A stretch of 64,000 nucleotides of DNA from an uncultured delta proteobacterium. GTDB lineage: Bacteria > Desulfobacterota > RBG-13-43-22. The stretch is taken from contig CAVQFQ010000021.1 of the NCBI GenBank assembly GCA_963711835.1, positions 294,632 to 358,631 on the forward strand, given 5' to 3'. Below are positions 61,771 to 64,000 of this stretch, one piece after another; the stretch's first letter is position 1; every line of letters starts with the position of its first letter. Made by a program: the position numbers and the translations under genes. Under the pieces are notes generated by a model. The model had not been told where the DNA came from and searched no databases. It was given only the letters and a program-made list of their open reading frames with translations.

Positions 61771-61834
61771 CGGTCTCCTTGTCCCCCCTCACCCCCCCGC
61801 CCCTCTCCCACGGTGGGGAGAGGGAAAGAAGGGA

Positions 61835-62376
61835 TCATTTCCTGCCATATTTAGCCCTGGGCTCCCTGGCCAGAAAGCCGATCTTTTTTCGGGGCCGCTC
61901 GGGCGGGGCCATGAGCTGCCGGAGGGCCTCAAAAACTGCAACGATCTTTTCATCGTGATCATGGATGCGATCCTCCAATTCCTTTAGCTTGCTGGCCAGA
62001 GTTCGATGAGAAACCATTAATCGGCGAAGGCGAACGAATACCCGCATGATGGCGATGTTGACTTCAATGGCCCTTTCGCTGTTGAGAATACTGGACAACA
62101 TAGCTACTCCCTGCTCGGTAAAGGCAAAAGGAGGAGAAGTTGAATGTTTTAACGGACGAACCGGTCACAAATTGTGACCAGTTTCATCTTTTCGTCGCCA
62201 GTCAATTGAAACATAAAATCGGACGGAAAACGCTTTATATTTCTTCTTACTGCCTGATTTAATGCCTTTGTAGGTATACCGTATAATTCGGCCAGATCGG
62301 CATCGAGCATTACCTTTTGACTGCGAATTAAAAGTATTTTGTTTTCAATTACTTCTGTCGGGACAAGGCTATCCAT
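61835..62376 (-). CDS. ORF6N (KilA-N-like) DNA-binding protein; one indel near 62155
   Basis: ILLIRSQKVMLDADLAELYG..NQAVRRNIKRFPSDFMFQL..AFTEQGVAMLSSILNSERAIEVNIAIMRVF..KIGF. Confidence 0.9.
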
Positions 62377-62477
62377 GGTATTTTCCTCTTAGTCTCTTTT
62401 CAGTAGAGCGTTGGTGCAGGAGTTGCTTCTTTTTAGCAACCATTTCCGGCCTCAACAAAAACTCCAGGTCCTTGAAT

Positions 62478-62630
62478 CATTTCCTGCCATATTTTGCCCT
62501 GGGCTCCCTGGCCAGAAAGCCGATTTTCTTTCTGGCTGCTCTGGCTGGGCCATCAGGGTAAACGGGACCTTATTGGGTTCGTTGACTTGTGGCCTCTCCA
62601 CAGTCGAAAGCATAGCTACGGCTTGATCTA
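62478..62630 (-). pseudogene. 3' remnant of a second ORF6N gene
   Basis: 62477-62555 closely matches 61834-61912; DQAVAMLST echoes EQGVAMLSS. Confidence 0.75.
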
Positions 62631-62669
62631 CCGCAGCCCGCGGCCGGAGCGGCGGCCACCCTTTTGCAT

Positions 62670-63818
62670 CATATTCTATCTTAAATTCACCGGCCCATAA
62701 CTGTTCAATAAACTGGGGCCAGGGTATCACCTCAATATTTTTTGCCAGCCGGCGAGGCTGTTTTTCCAGGCAGACGATACAGCATTTTTTTACCGGTCCG
62801 TCTTCCAGAAGGGCTTGTAGCCCGCCGATATCGCCTTCGTGGACGCGGGAGGAGCCTTTAATTTCTATCGCCAGCTCCTTGTCCCCGAGGAGGAAGTCAA
62901 CCTCACGGCCGGTTGAAGTCCGCCAGAAAGTAATGGGCCAATCGGGATTTCGGTAGGCCTGATACGCTTTTAATTCCATCAAAATATAGTGTTCAAAAGC
63001 TTTGCCGAATTCCGGACTGCCGATTTTGGGTTGGCGTCTGGCCAGATAGTTGGCTACCCCCACGTCGAACAAATAAAACTTTTCGGTGGTGATCATTCGC
63101 CGGTTTTTCGATTTCTTCCAGGGCGGTATTCTGAATACCCAGATAGGTATCTTCCAGGATGTCGAAATAAGTCCGTATGACTTTATGAGAAACGCCTGTT
63201 TCTCTGGCGATGTTGACGTAATTGATGAGCTCGCTGGAAGTGATCGCCGGCCACCCGCATGAATTCACTGAAGGCCGGGATGTTTTGGGTGAGCGCTTCC
63301 GCGACCACCTCTTCTTTCAAATAATCGGCAGCATAAGAGCGTAAATCTTCAATCGGATCGGGTGAGAGGTAGTGGGGCGGGAGCAGCCCGGAAAACATAA
63401 CGCGTTCCAGGTTAAACCCGCTTACCTCCATATAGGACGAGAGGGGTCGGGTTCTACGCCAGGCTCGGCCTCCCAGGAGATTGGCATGTCCGCGCCGTAG
63501 TTTACGGGCACTGGAACCGGTCAATAAAAAAGAAAGGGTCGTGTTTTCAATCAGCCAGTGGACTTCATCCAGGAGGGCCGGGACTTTTTGGACTTCATCG
63601 ATAACCACCAGTCCCCGGTGATTCTGATAGCGTTCTCGGAGCAACGCCGGGCGGGAGATGTATTCCGCAAAAACATCGGTCTTCAGCAAATCAATAATCT
63701 CGGCCCCGACCAGGTGGTGGGTGATCCAATAGGTTTTGCCGACCTTGCGAGGGCCCCAAAGGAAAGCGGACTTCCCGGGGGGCAGGTTAAGCTCAAACAG
63801 TCTGTTTTTAATTTTCAT
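62670..63818 (-). CDS. AAA_14 ATPase with DUF4143 nuclease-like domain; frameshifted, 3' end approximate
   Basis: WGPRKVGKT, IDEVQKVP, LTGSSA..LLGGRA, KFYLFDVGV, GKAFEH, FWRTSTGREVDF..AIEIK. Confidence 0.88.
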
Positions 63819-64000
63819 AATAATAGAAATTTATCCGAATAATTTTACCTGGTCAAGAAAATTATCTACTCCACAGACTCAGACGGCACCAACGTTTCCA
63901 TATCCGCCTCCAGTCACATTTGCCTTGATAAAACTCGTTTCCGGCGAATTTTCCGACCAGTTCGGGCATGGGAATTGGGGACAGCTGACAGCTCAGAGCT

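Overview
This 64 kb window comes from an anaerobic, selenocysteine-using bacterium whose gene content fits Desulfobacterota (Deltaproteobacteria). Many genes are split by single-base indels, probably long-read errors. Layout: (1) 1-16.9 kb, minus-strand operon livKHMGF - large hdrA - Sec-mvhD - metV - metF - two HdrA-like genes - hdrC - hdrB - GcvH/LbpA-like lipoyl carrier - GlcD/GlcF-type fusion, divergent from a FadR-like TetR gene and etfBA. (2) 20-33 kb, hydrolase, mltD, Gate-domain pair, acyl-CoA ligase, TAXI-TRAP transporter, PAS kinase and ytfJ. (3) tRNA-Asn plus a small GIY-YIG nuclease, bracketed by two partial tRNA copies whose centre is replaced by a perfect palindrome; the same palindrome family recurs inside other repeats. 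(4) porCDAB, ilvBN, recR, ybaB. (5) A chromate/arsenate cassette with a PEP-utilising enzyme that splits dnaX from ybaB-recR, then tRNA-Ser. (6) 55-64 kb, a hotspot of toxin-antitoxin pairs, gene remnants and direct repeats. The best candidates for a new system are the tRNA/palindrome/GIY-YIG element and the lipoyl-carrier-linked Hdr-MetFV cluster. No CRISPR array, rRNA or transposase was seen.
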